Assembly: GCF_006345805.1 (NCBI RefSeq)
Contig: NC_043006.1
Span: forward strand, 64,852,001 to 64,916,000
Length of the DNA: 64,000 bases
Reading direction: 5' to 3'
Source: Octopus sinensis
Lineage: Eukaryota
Of this stretch, positions 51,860 through 63,300 are shown in pieces. The notes below the pieces were generated by a model, which searched no databases, was not told the origin of the DNA, and was given only the letters and a program-made list of their open reading frames with translations. Within the stretch, counting starts at the first letter, position 1, and each line of letters begins with the position of its first letter. The translations under genes were made by a program, and so were the position numbers.

Positions 51860-52265
51860 TGAAAGGTTTAGCATCCCAAGGGGAGTAGTCCCATGTCTTC
51901 CATCTACTTGGAGAGATCAGCACTTCTTTATAGAGCTGTTGGCATCAATCTGCATCACATGCCCAAACCACCACTTTCTTGCACACAAGCATCTACTTCC
52001 ACTTATGCCTAACTTTTCTCTCAATACATTAGCACTGTTGAACACATACATTATACATCCAGCAGAGCATAGTTATTCCTCTCTAACCTTTGCAGGTTCT
52101 CTGCATTCAGGGCCCACAACTCACTACCATGTAGAATTGCTGTTTGTATACATGCATCATACAATCTTCCTTTCACTTGTAGAGAGATACCTTTTGTAGC
52201 CAACAGAAGTAAACAGCACTTTGAATTTCTGCCATCCCATTCTTATCCTAGCTATTTACTTAAAT
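51860..52265 (-). mobile_element. RTE LINE 3' ORF remnant
   Basis: Minus-strand GWQKF...KGISLQVKGRLYDAC...HGSELWAL...WFGHVM-like sequence. Confidence 0.75.
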
Positions 52266-52820
52266 TAAGTTACTCAGTTATGACCCCTGGCTGGAGCCCA
52301 TGCACTGTACAAACAAGATAGATAAACCAGAAAGATTTTCAATAATATTAACATAGTACACTATTTTACTGATTTTAGAAAAAAGAGCAGCTATTTTATG
52401 TGTGTGTGACTCATCATCACCGTTTAATGTCTGCTTTCCATGCTGGCTTGGGTTAGACGATTTGACTGAGGACTGGCAAACCAGATGGCTGCACCAGGCT
52501 CCAATCTGATCTGACAGATTGGAGCCTGGTGCAGATGCCAGCATGGAAAGCAGATGTTAAACGGTGATGATGACAACCACACACACATAAAACAGCTCTT
52601 TCACTAAAATCAGTAAAATAGCGTACTATATTAATATTATTGGAAATCTTTTTGGTTTGTCTATCTTGTTTGTACAGTGCATGGGCTCCAGCCAGGGGTC
52701 ATAACTGAGTAACTTAATTCAAGTAAATAGCTAGGATAAGAATGGGATGGCAGAAATTCAAAGTGCTGTTTACTACAAAAGGTATCTCTCTATACAAGGA
52801 AAATTGTATGCTGCATGTAT
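52148..52820. repeat. Long inverted duplication (foldback palindrome), arms about 290 bp
   Basis: 52148-52447 is the near-identical reverse complement of 52537-52820; inner perfect 20-bp stem at about 52489-52534. Confidence 0.95.
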
Positions 52821-55500
52821 TCATGTATATTAAAAAAGGGTTTCAGTTGATCGCAGCCACTCCAGTTTTTAATTCATTCCGATATGACTTGATAAATGCT
52901 TATGATTTTTTATTCCACACAAAAGACAGAATTTTGTTTTACCATAATTTTTATTTAAAATATTTAGGCAATAAAATACAAGTTGTTTCCATATATATTT
53001 TAATCTTGTTAATTTTAACCCAGTTTTTTGTGTGATTATGTAACAAGATCAGAAACAATGAACTTTTACTTACCAAAGTATTGTAATCAGAATATATCAC
53101 TACCATGTAATACTAATAAAGAAACTATTGTATTAAAAATTCTTAAATTTCATAAAGCAGAAGGATGTAAAATCTTTCTAAATATCTATCAACAAAATCC
53201 CTTCAGTAATTTCTGGATTAACTATTACTAACCAAAAACAGCCAACAAAATGTATTTAGTGTGGATATGTAAATTTGGTGTTGAACTTTTACCAAAAAAT
53301 AGCTTGTGTAACACTTCACTAAAATGTAGTGTTGCAATAAAACCAGCCAATATCAGACCATATAGTTAATATGTACAATACTGAAGTTAACAAGCTTCAA
53401 GAGATACAGTGCATTAAACTGTTAAAACTTGTTACCATATAAAAATATTTAGAACAGATTAAGTGGTCAGATAGTGATGAACTACTGATTATGAGTTCAA
53501 AACATTAACCGGTGTCATGTCTCTAGGTAAAGTACACTATTTTACCATGCTGATTATACATATGTATATTCCCAGTTCACAAGAATTAGCAATATCACTT
53601 TACTGTAAAACAATAACAAAATTTTGCCAACAATTCCCAAGTGAACTGAAACTATCCATCCTTACCATGGGAAATAAATATACATTCATTAAATTAATGA
53701 CTTGAATATTACACTCAAGAAATAAGATACTAACAGAATCTCAATCACATGAATTACCTGCCCTTACTTTAACACCCTTTATTCAATAGATGGGTAAATG
53801 AAGGGCTTGAACAATTTGGGTAAAATACAAGAAACTTATTTCTATGAGCATTTAATTACTAAATACTCATAAATACTAATAAATTAAATTCATAAAAGTT
53901 TCCCATTTTATAAGGGAACAGCGAATAAACTCATTGTTTCAACATGTTTATACATGTCACTGCATACCTCCATTAGTCTGTCATATTTAAGTGTTTTATT
54001 TAAATTCATTTATTCCTTTCTTGGTCTACCTCTGCATGACAACTATCCCTGCTGCAAGACACAGCTTTGATACAGAGTAGCAAATATAATCAGTTCTTCC
54101 ATAGTTGACGAGGAACTACAGATTCAGTAAGCTTAAATACACACACTTATAAATAAAGACAATATTGCATTTAATGCACAAAAGAATGTACGAGTTAATG
54201 CTGTAAAAATAATCTCAGCTACTTTCTTGAAACAGATTTCAGATTTAAATGGAGGGTGGGTTGGAAAGGTGTGAAATTCTGAAGTCTTCCACTGCCACTA
54301 TAATAACTTTTGTTGCTTTTTAAAACTAACAACACACCTCTTAATCAAACCCACCCACATAAATGCCAGTTATTTGAAAGAGAGCATCAGGACGTTTTGG
54401 AAAACGAAATCCAACACCTCTACGAAAGGATAAAGGGAATATGTTTTGTCATAATATTCCTGTGTTGTTTCATGCAAAGGAAAACACAATATTGAAAAAC
54501 TTAAAGAATTCATATCTTTTCACATCTTTCACCCTCATATACTTATCCTTGAGGAACTATTTCATGACTGTCGAAAGCTGGACGAAACACTGCCAACAAA
54601 AATTCTTTGCAAAGAATAGGAAATGAGAAATGTCTTTAAATTGCTTTTTAAACGTTCATTAATCCTTATCTCCCGTCTGTCCCTAAATATTATCACCATT
54701 TCGCAAACATCCATTCTAGTCCCAGAGACGTAAAAAGTAAACAAGACAAACTTGTGTATGCATTCAACTAACTATGAATAATTTGAAACAGTTTATCGAA
54801 AGCAGCTGATGAAACTAATTTTTCGTAATGTCCCTCACCTCTTTTTGTAGTAAGGTATATATGTTTATAATAAGGTATTTTACAGACCTTGGGAACCAAG
54901 ATCAGTGAACAATTCAGTGTGGCAAAAGAGAACCGTTTCTTTTAATTTGATAACGAACAATAGCGTTTAATAGAGAGAGAGAAAAAAATTCCGGACAAAA
55001 CTAAAAAAGAAAAAGAACAGAGCGTCCGATCAACAGAAAAAATTTCAGTGTTCAAACCCCACGTTGTCCTCACTCTCCATAAAAAAAAAAGAAACGCCAA
55101 TAATAACTGAAACGAAGTAAATTAGTCGATACAAACCACTAAGGGAAGAAAAACTATCGAAACCTTATACACAATCAGAGCGTCTCAGCAATAAAAAAGA
55201 GAAAAAAAAATTAAAGTTTATCAAAATAGTTTAAGGGATAACGGTTGGGTTCGATTTTCTACTTAGAACTACAGCATTTTCCCTTTTTAAACAGGTTTGA
55301 GAAATTCATCTGGCGTTCAGTTTTGGATTTGTTATTCCAACGTGTTTCCATCATTAGGGAAATATTCGCAGAATGAAATAAACATCCTAAATAGTTTGAA
55401 ATATTAAAGATGGTTTTTTTTTAAATATTTGTTTTTACAGACCATCGGACGAAATGACTTAACAGAGTATAACATTAAAAACAGTATAAAAATTAAGACG

Positions 55501-55508
55501 TATTTATA
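55501..55508 (-). promoter_or_regulatory. TATA box (TATAAATA) of a putative internal DNAJB6 promoter
   Basis: Plus-strand tatttata; orientation matches DNAJB6 and spacing to the HSE is typical of heat-shock promoters. Confidence 0.45.
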
Positions 55509-55553
55509 AGATGTATAGGGTTACTTAAGTGAACGATTACATGCGAATTTGGT

Positions 55554-55566
55554 TTCTAGAAATTTC
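55554..55566. promoter_or_regulatory. Heat shock element, 3 units (TTCtaGAAatTTC)
   Basis: Perfect nTTCnnGAAnnTTCn match inside a chaperone gene; minus-strand TATA box 45 bp downstream. Confidence 0.6.
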
Positions 55567-55870
55567 CCAAAACATAGGGAAGAGTGTCGCGACATTGTGT
55601 ACTCCTTTTATTTTCAACTCCCTAAGCTAGTTTAGGACATGTAATCCGGTTTACATATGAACAGCCTACACATTGTAATGTGTACATTTTAAATGGGTTT
55701 TTTAACCTAAAAAAATAAACAAAAGCCATATGTCTCCTTCCCAGCTTCAGTCTTGAAATTTTCCAAACATTAATCCATCCATATATATTAGTTTACACAT
55801 AAACTTGGTTACAACTGCAACAATAGAACCCGTCTAATCCTGTTTTATCACACTCGTCTTGATTGAGTGC

Positions 55871-55883
55871 TTCCAGAAAATTC
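55871..55883. promoter_or_regulatory. Heat shock element, 3 units (TTCcaGAAaaTTC)
   Basis: Second perfect three-pentamer HSE about 300 bp from the first. Confidence 0.55.
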
Positions 55884-58136
55884 CTATCAATCAGCTAAAC
55901 TTATTGTCTGGTCGTTTATTCAAAAAAACTCGAGCGATTTGCAGTGCATCGACGGAAACTGCTGGAAGTAGTTGTTAAATAAAATATAAAGGAGACACAT
56001 TAGACGGCCATGAGCCATGGAAGAAGTGAGACCTACACAAACAGTTGATCCTGTCTCGCCATACTTAGCTATTTGTAAACAAACTCTTAACTGCGTGTAC
56101 ATTACATACGTATACGCATTTATTATAAATTTATCTTTTACGAAGCGAACACAGTAGTAGATATTCTCTGGAGGAAGGGGAGGGTTGACTGAACTTATTC
56201 AATATATTGGTAGTTTATTTTTTTTATATCGATTTTAAAAAGTGGGTGGGATTAAAATAAACTATTGGATTTGAACTCCATTTACGAAGGATAAGATTCG
56301 TTTCAGCCAAACTGTCGATTTCTATATACACACACACACTTTCTGACTTCGGCATAAGAATACAAATTTGTGGGAAGCGGATGTGTTTTGAAACCAAAAA
56401 CAAGATTTAATACTATTTCTAAAGCCGAGTTGGTTTCTAAGCTATGTCAATCCCGACTGGAGTTGAACTTAAAAAAATGCAGCTAACAATGAATAAAAGA
56501 ATAGGACTAGAAAAGTAAAAGAAATCAATAGGAAATTGATGGAAAATAATTATGTCGACGTATTCACAGCGAGTTAAGGGATGGAGGTTTTAAATTCCCA
56601 CTAGACTGTATGCGGTTATATATATATATATAGATAGATAGAATGATATAAAATATGATACTCGTGTGGAAAGGTCTAAGATAGTTACTAGGAAAACAAG
56701 CCCACTTCTATTATATCAGCATTTCCACCATCAAAACCAATATTTCTCTTTATACAAAGCTGAGCTGTTCTGCAAGTTCCGTTCCAATACAATATTCTGA
56801 GAAATTACTCCGAAAAAGCGTGTAATCTCAGTTACCCACCTTTCTCTCTCTACACACACACATTATGTAGGTATATATATACTAATATGTGTGTGTGTGT
56901 GTAATGTACGTGTACAGAGAGAGACTTCACTTCCTCTATCTTTGATATGCTACTATAAAGCTCTTTTATCGAGACAATCCGAAAGTAGAGACATTATACT
57001 CTGTATTGCGTCTGTATTAGTATATATACACAGACGCAATAGCTATTTATAAATACAACATATATAATAAAAATACGTTAAAATGAATATTTGTAGACAT
57101 GCCCCTAGTCAATGTTTCAGACTAAATTAAAAAAAAAAAAAAAAACGTATTTGTGTGCATGTACACATACATATACACACGCAAATATAACGTTTGATCA
57201 ATACTGATTACCACTTAATACTATTATTTCTCTATAATAAAAGGTAACAAACACATACATGAAAGTAATATATAGTAATGCTCTGTAAACTTCAACATAA
57301 ATACGGTTTGTGATTTCCCAAACCTACTCGTATTTCCAGAGAATTTTAAAACCCACATAAAAGATCTGTGTGTATATACGTATAGATAGATATATGGTGC
57401 GTGTGTGTATATAAGATATATGTGTCACACGGATGAAAGTATTAGAACAGAACACCGCAGTCAAGCACAAGTGAATCCATTGGGTTAGGTTTCCATTGTT
57501 GAGTACGAGACCAACTAGGAAACGTACATTAATAAATACACATCCGCATACAAAGAACAGAGGGGTTTATAAGACGTACACATTCAAATAAAGGGTGTAG
57601 AAACTTATAAACGGAAGGTTATATAAACACAGAAATTGTGTAATATACTTACATATGGCGAGCATACATATACACACATACCATAGATGATGTAAACATA
57701 CTAATAATAATATGTATATATACATCAGAAGAAGAGTGCATACATATGGTGAATATACATAAATATATAGTAAAGGAGAAGATGTACATACACCTATCAA
57801 TGGCGTGTGTATGAGATATATATATATATATATATACACATACATACATACACACGCACACAAACAGCCAGATATTTAAATGGCGAGTATACATGGAAAC
57901 GGAAAAATATATAGTGCACATTATATGTTTCATATATTTAACATTTATACAGAAATAGCTTGCAGTGTATGCATACATGATATTGCAAGATAGCTACCTA
58001 AAAATATTGTACACATACAAATGGAGGGTAAATTAGATCAAATGAACTTTCGAGACATTTTACACAAGTCAGAGATTATTTTTTTAAAAAAGAGAGAAAC
58101 TGTAAATGGCAAGCAGTTGGCGATGACTTCACTTAC

Positions 58137-58350
58137 CTCGCAGGAAAAAGAAAAAAAAACACACACACACAAAGATGTGGCTAAACTAAAGAAGAATTAG
58201 TGAGTGCCACTTGAGTTGTTTCAATGTTGCTTGGCCAGTTTCTCCGTCTTCCTTATACTGATCCAAATGTCTGACAGCAGCAGATACAAGGACTGCACAA
58301 ACTTTCCCAGCATGCACCGCTTTATACACAAACCACACACGTCTTCCTCT
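58137..58350 (-). other. DNAJB6: Probable non-coding first exon (5' UTR) of DNAJB6; 5' boundary approximate
   Basis: Near-consensus donor CGAG|gtaagt at 58137/58136 in a CpG-retaining zone next to a divergent gene; coding exon 1 is preceded by splice acceptors, so an upstream UTR exon is required. Confidence 0.7.
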
Positions 58351-58793
58351 TTCGTCGTTTGCTTATTATTATTTTTCTTCTTCTCTTGTTTCCTAGTTGC
58401 TTTAGGTAAATCAATTTCAGCAAAAATAAATATTTATTTGAAAGTTTAATGAAATTTTAAGATTTTTTTTTATTGAATAAACTCAAAAAAAGTATAATCA
58501 TAAGAAAGAAAACAGTGAAACCGAAACAAATGTATGTAATCTCGTTGTGATCGCGTTGTGAGGGATTTTTTTTAGAAGATATAGATATAGGTTTTTGTTA
58601 TTTTGTTTTCAATACTAATAATAATCCGAAAATAGTTAAATTATAATTAAGATGTATAGTTTATTATTTCTTTAGGTTTTTTAAAGTTTATAATAATTAA
58701 ATATTATTTTGTTGAAAAAGAAAAAATATCAGTATTTTTACTTTTTCTCGCTCATGTGAGACTTGCCTTCATCGTAAATTTTTGCTATTCAAG
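58350..58793. promoter_or_regulatory. Bidirectional promoter region between DNAJB6 (-) and CLP1 (+)
   Basis: Only about 650 bp separate the DNAJB6 first donor and the CLP1 ATG; AT-rich core with retained CpGs (tctcgttgtgatcgcg). Confidence 0.6.
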
Positions 58794-58826
58794 ATGGAGG
58801 GAAGTTCAAGTGAAAATAAAGAAGAG
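58794..58826 (+). CDS. CLP1: CLP1-like RNA 5'-kinase, coding exon 1 (MEGSSSENKEE)
   Basis: tcaagATGG start context; GAG|gtttgt donor, phase 0, in frame with the exon at 60296. Confidence 0.65.
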
Positions 58827-60038
58827 GTTTGTGGAATTGGTTTATTATTTTATTTAGCAACTTTCAATCGTTTTCAAAATGATCACTCAGAAGTTATTTT
58901 CAAATCCTCAATTCATATTTAAATTAATAATATATATATATAGATGTTACAATAAATAAAAAGGCAGTGTTGTGTCACATGTGACCAATATGTATGTTTT
59001 CACTCCTTGTTGATCTTTATAGCTATCTATCTATCTATAACAAGGATGAACACCCAAACTCATTTCTGTCGTCATTTTTATACTTGCGTTAAAATGATGC
59101 AAACATCCACGATAAGAGCAAACTTGGGTGTCTCTACGTTGTCGTTCAACCTTCTAGAAATTGTAACCAAATTATATCACTTTGTACACAAGCCAAATAC
59201 AGACCTGAATACAGTCTGAAAAAAGGAGAGATGGTTATGACTGGAATGTCTTTTTGATCAGGTGTCCTCAGATTCGATCCGGAGATGAAGGTTTTTCCTT
59301 GACACTCCTAATATTAATGATGTAAGATTGCCCCTGTTGATAAACAAGCAACACGTTGGTAATCTGTTATGGACTTGAGAAAAAAAACCTGATTCCATTA
59401 TATTGACTTGGACTTGTTTAACATCAAATACATGTGACAGAGTTACTTTATTTAAACTTGTGGCCTCTCTCATTGCCTCACAAAACTCGAGTTTTATGTG
59501 GCGTTATATTTTTCTCGATAATAAATTTGAACAGACGTGGTGGACTTTCAGAATAGCTGACCCGCATCACTTGGAATTTCTCAGAAAAGTGGGGACAAAA
59601 AAGAAAAGATGGCACTGACGTCAGATTTTTCTACTTTCACTTCTGACAACCAAAGGCATGACAGTGCCGAAAAGATTTATTTTAGTGGTGGATGCTGTTC
59701 CAAAGGTACGACGAAGTAGGACAGACGTTTAAAAAGCATGGGTTTAAAAATGTCTTTTAAATGTTTCCCCATTGGAAAAATCCTAAGACGGAGAAATTTC
59801 AACTTATGTAGAACAGCTATTCTTGAAGTCCTCCAGGTTTATTTAGCAGTATTGTAGAAATAAAACTTTTACCTTGTTCAGATAAAGTATTCCTTCACTT
59901 TTGACAAGATAAACACTACTTTCATCGAGACATGAAAACGAAGTAGCGCATAGTTTTATTTTTACCTACAGTTTCATCACCACGTTCGGATTTCAAATTT
60001 CTCTTGAACGTTTTGCTGATTTTTTTAAAAATCGAGAT

Positions 60039-60233
60039 CAGCGGTTCTCAACTTTTGCACTCGCGACCCCTTACCTAAAAGCTTGAAACCCACGCGACCC
60101 CCTAACATAAGCAGAGTATAAAAAATGTAATTGATGAGTTGAAATTAATATTATCCCAAGCCACTTCTAGCAAGGCTATGCGACCATTCCCCCCTGCTTA
60201 GACTTTGCGATCCCCCTATGTGTGGAACCCTTG
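60039..60233. mobile_element. hAT-type MITE in CLP1 intron 1
   Basis: CAGCGGTTCTCAAC / GTGGAACCCTTG termini; TSD atcgagat / atctagat; internal GCGACCCC repeats. Confidence 0.75.
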
Positions 60234-60295
60234 ATCTAGATCTAATAGAACACAGTAAAGAAGTAAGCAATGTATTAATTTTTTTCTCTTTTCAG

Positions 60296-60379
60296 ACGAC
60301 ACACACAGAAGAATACAAGCTTGAACCTTTATCTGAACTTCGGGTTGAAGTGGACAGTGGAGCAGAAGTAGAGTTAGAG
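60296..60379 (+). CDS. CLP1: CLP1-like coding exon 2 (TTHTEEYKLEPLSELRVEVDSGAEVELE); gene continues beyond the window
   Basis: Strong pyrimidine tract and cag acceptor, GAG|gttggt donor; peptide resembles the Clp1 N-terminal F/Y-x-L-E-x-x-x-ELRxEV...V-x-LE segment. Confidence 0.75.
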
Positions 60380-61689
60380 GTTGGTTTCTAAACTTCAAAA
60401 ACATTTCATCCTGTTTATTCATTTATTTTTGCCATTTTAACAAATTGGTCAAGTCATTGAGACATGACAAGAGGGGGCTTGCAGTATTTGTTTTGACTTT
60501 CTTTGCCATTTATCTCTTTGGTATTGATAATATAAGTACCAGTCCAGGGTGGTGTGCATACGGAATGGTTACAGCATTGGATGAGATGCTTTGCTGTATT
60601 TCTAGTTCTTTGCATTCTGGGCTCTTGTAGGGTAGATCAATTTGTTACCTGGTTTAGCACTTTGAGTGGCTTTAGTGGTGTTCACTCTTTTGCAAGCCTT
60701 TAAAACCAAGTGTCATATTTGAGATTAAAGTCTTCCTTCCTCTTGTTTAGTCTTGAAGACCCTATAAAATAAAAAATTGTGATCATTGCCCCACCCCCCA
60801 GCCTTGACGGAACAGTAAAAAAAAACCTACTAACTGCAGGAGAGCATATGAGACTAAATTGTATGCCCCTAGATAACAATCTATGAGTTTGATAGTTCAT
60901 GTCTAGTCATTTATACTTGTCCATGTGGTCCTGTGACATCTTGTGCCGTCATAGTTCACATTGGGTTCACCATACAGAATTCCTACTTTGTATTTTTCTG
61001 CAAATTGAACACAACCATTTTCCTTATGGCAGCAGGATCCTGTTTTACTAAAACTCTAGTCTTCACTGGTTTTACTTTGAAAATTTTTTACTTCTAGGTT
61101 TTGCTTACATGTCTGGAATTTCTTCAGATTTCTATCTGATACAGTTATAAATACTAACTCATCAGCCTATAGAAGGATTTCCATAGCCATCCAGTCTTAA
61201 ACTCTTCTTTTATGGCCTGGAGAGCCACAATAAATAGCTCTTTAGCACTTAAACTGGCCATATCCAGCCAAAATAGTTTCTCTCTTTTATTTACTAGATT
61301 TGACCTCTCACACCTACCCTACAATGTCTTCATCATCATCATTTAGCGTCCATTCTCCATGCTGGTATGGGTTGGACGGTTTGACTGGGCTGACATGCTG
61401 GAAGGCTGCGCCAGGATCCAGTCTGGTTTTCTATGGCTGGATACCCTTCCTAATGCCAACCTCTCTGAGAGTGTAATGGGTGCTTTTAAATGCCACCAGC
61501 CCGGGTGCCATTTGCATGAAACTGGTGTCTGCTATGGCTGCAATTTTGCTCGGCTTGATGGGTCTTCTCAAGCACGACATAATGCTAAAACTGTCACATC
61601 ATTGAAATCTTGAAGCTACAATGAATGGTTAATTCAAAACAATGTGAATAAATAAGCATCACATTTGAGAGAATAATGTGAATGCTAAA

Positions 61690-63300
61690 GAGTTGAACGC
61701 CTACCTTGTCACAAAATTTCTCCCTTAACTGACTGCTTCTCTCTACATGCCTTGCACTAATCTCACAAGCCATTCATCTACACTTGGTCTTTTTTAATGA
61801 CCAGCAGATTACAGTGCTTGGTATCCTATCACAGGTCTATAAAAGCTCGATAGAGAGTCTCAGTCTTAGCTAAGAAGTATTTTTGCAGTCCTTTTCTAAG
61901 GGGAAGGCATCAGTAGTAGCCCATAACTTGACCCGCCTGTCTGTTTGATCCCGCTGCAGTTGCTGCTTCTTTGTAGCACTTGATGATAACATTAGGCTAG
62001 TCATTCAGTATTACTGTCTGAACTCCCTAATTGACTATGCAAATGACTGATTTGAGTCCTATTTAGTAGCTACCAGGAGTAGCAGCTTTCCCTAATTTCT
62101 TATCCTTAGTAGTCATTTTAGCTGGTCCCTCAGATGGATATATTTGGAGTAAACCTGTTTCTTCCTACATATCCTCCACAGTCCCTAGCCTCTCATCATA
62201 ACATTTCCAAACCATTTTGTTTTTAACATCAGTGAGGGAAGTGCACCACTGTCATTTTAAACTCACTTTTTCCCCTAATAACATCTTGATTCACTTAGAC
62301 ACATTGCTTTGCAATCCAGAACACTTAACGACTCTGATCCACTCATTTTTAAATATTTCTTTATTACCCACATGGGGCTAAACATAGAGGCGACAGACAA
62401 GTGAATTAAGTCGATTACATCGACCTTAGTGCGTATTTAAATTGATTCCAAAAGAATGAAAGGTGAAGTACTCATTTAAATTGACTCCAAAAGAATGAAA
62501 GGCGAAGTCGATCTCGGCGGAATTTGAACTCAGAATGTAATGGCAGATGAAGTACCGCTGAGCATTTTGCCCTGTGTGCTAACAATTCTGCCAGTTTGCT
62601 GCCCTACTCATTGTTAAATATTGGCACCCCTCTTGTTTTCGTTTCTCTCCTTCATCATCATCGTTTAACGTCCGTTTTCCGCACTAGCATGGGTTGGGGA
62701 AACCAGGTTCTGGGAAACCAGGGTCTGGGAAGCCAGGGGCTGCACCAGGCTCCAGTCTGATCTGGCAGTGTTTCTACAGCTGGATGCCCTTCCTAATGCC
62801 AACCACTCCACGAGTGTAGTGGGTACTTTTTACGTGCCACCTGCGCAGGTACCAGGGGAGTCTGGCATCGGCCACGTTCGGATGGTGCTTTTTATGTGCC
62901 ACCGGCACAGGTATCACAACTACTATTTCCATTGATATTTATTTCGATGTTCATCATTTGTAAACCTAACGCCTGTTTTAGATATTCTTTTAGTTTTTCC
63001 AGACTTGTCTTTTCACTTTTTTGATGTTATCTACAATATTGTAGATTATAGCCTACACCACCAGATGTTTAAGCATCTCAGCAGTGATTCCTGATGGGAC
63101 AGGACCTTTCCTTGTTTTCATACCTTTAATTGCTTTATCTACCAAGGCACTGTCAATTCGAACTGTTAGGTCGACATTTGGCAAACTTTCCCTCACCCAT
63201 TCATTCTCTTCATTTAGCAACCTTTCTTAATGGTGTCTCCAAGTCTCTCTCTTCGCAGCATCATTAAATGCGAGTGAGCCATCATCCATGTGGACATATT
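61690..63300 (-). mobile_element. RTE LINE remnant interrupted by SINEs (about 62350-62610 and 62654-62930)
   Basis: Minus-strand KTGK..PSGITAEMLK-like segment near 63080-63120 and similarity to the 2.5-3.7 kb LINE. Confidence 0.65.

Noticed and set aside
57567-57978. Tyr/Ile/Cys-rich ORFs
   Set aside because: Artefacts of (TA)n and (CA)n low-complexity sequence
59080-59960. Possible DNA transposon remnant in CLP1 intron 1
   Set aside because: Coding-like texture, but I could not identify motifs, TIRs or a TSD
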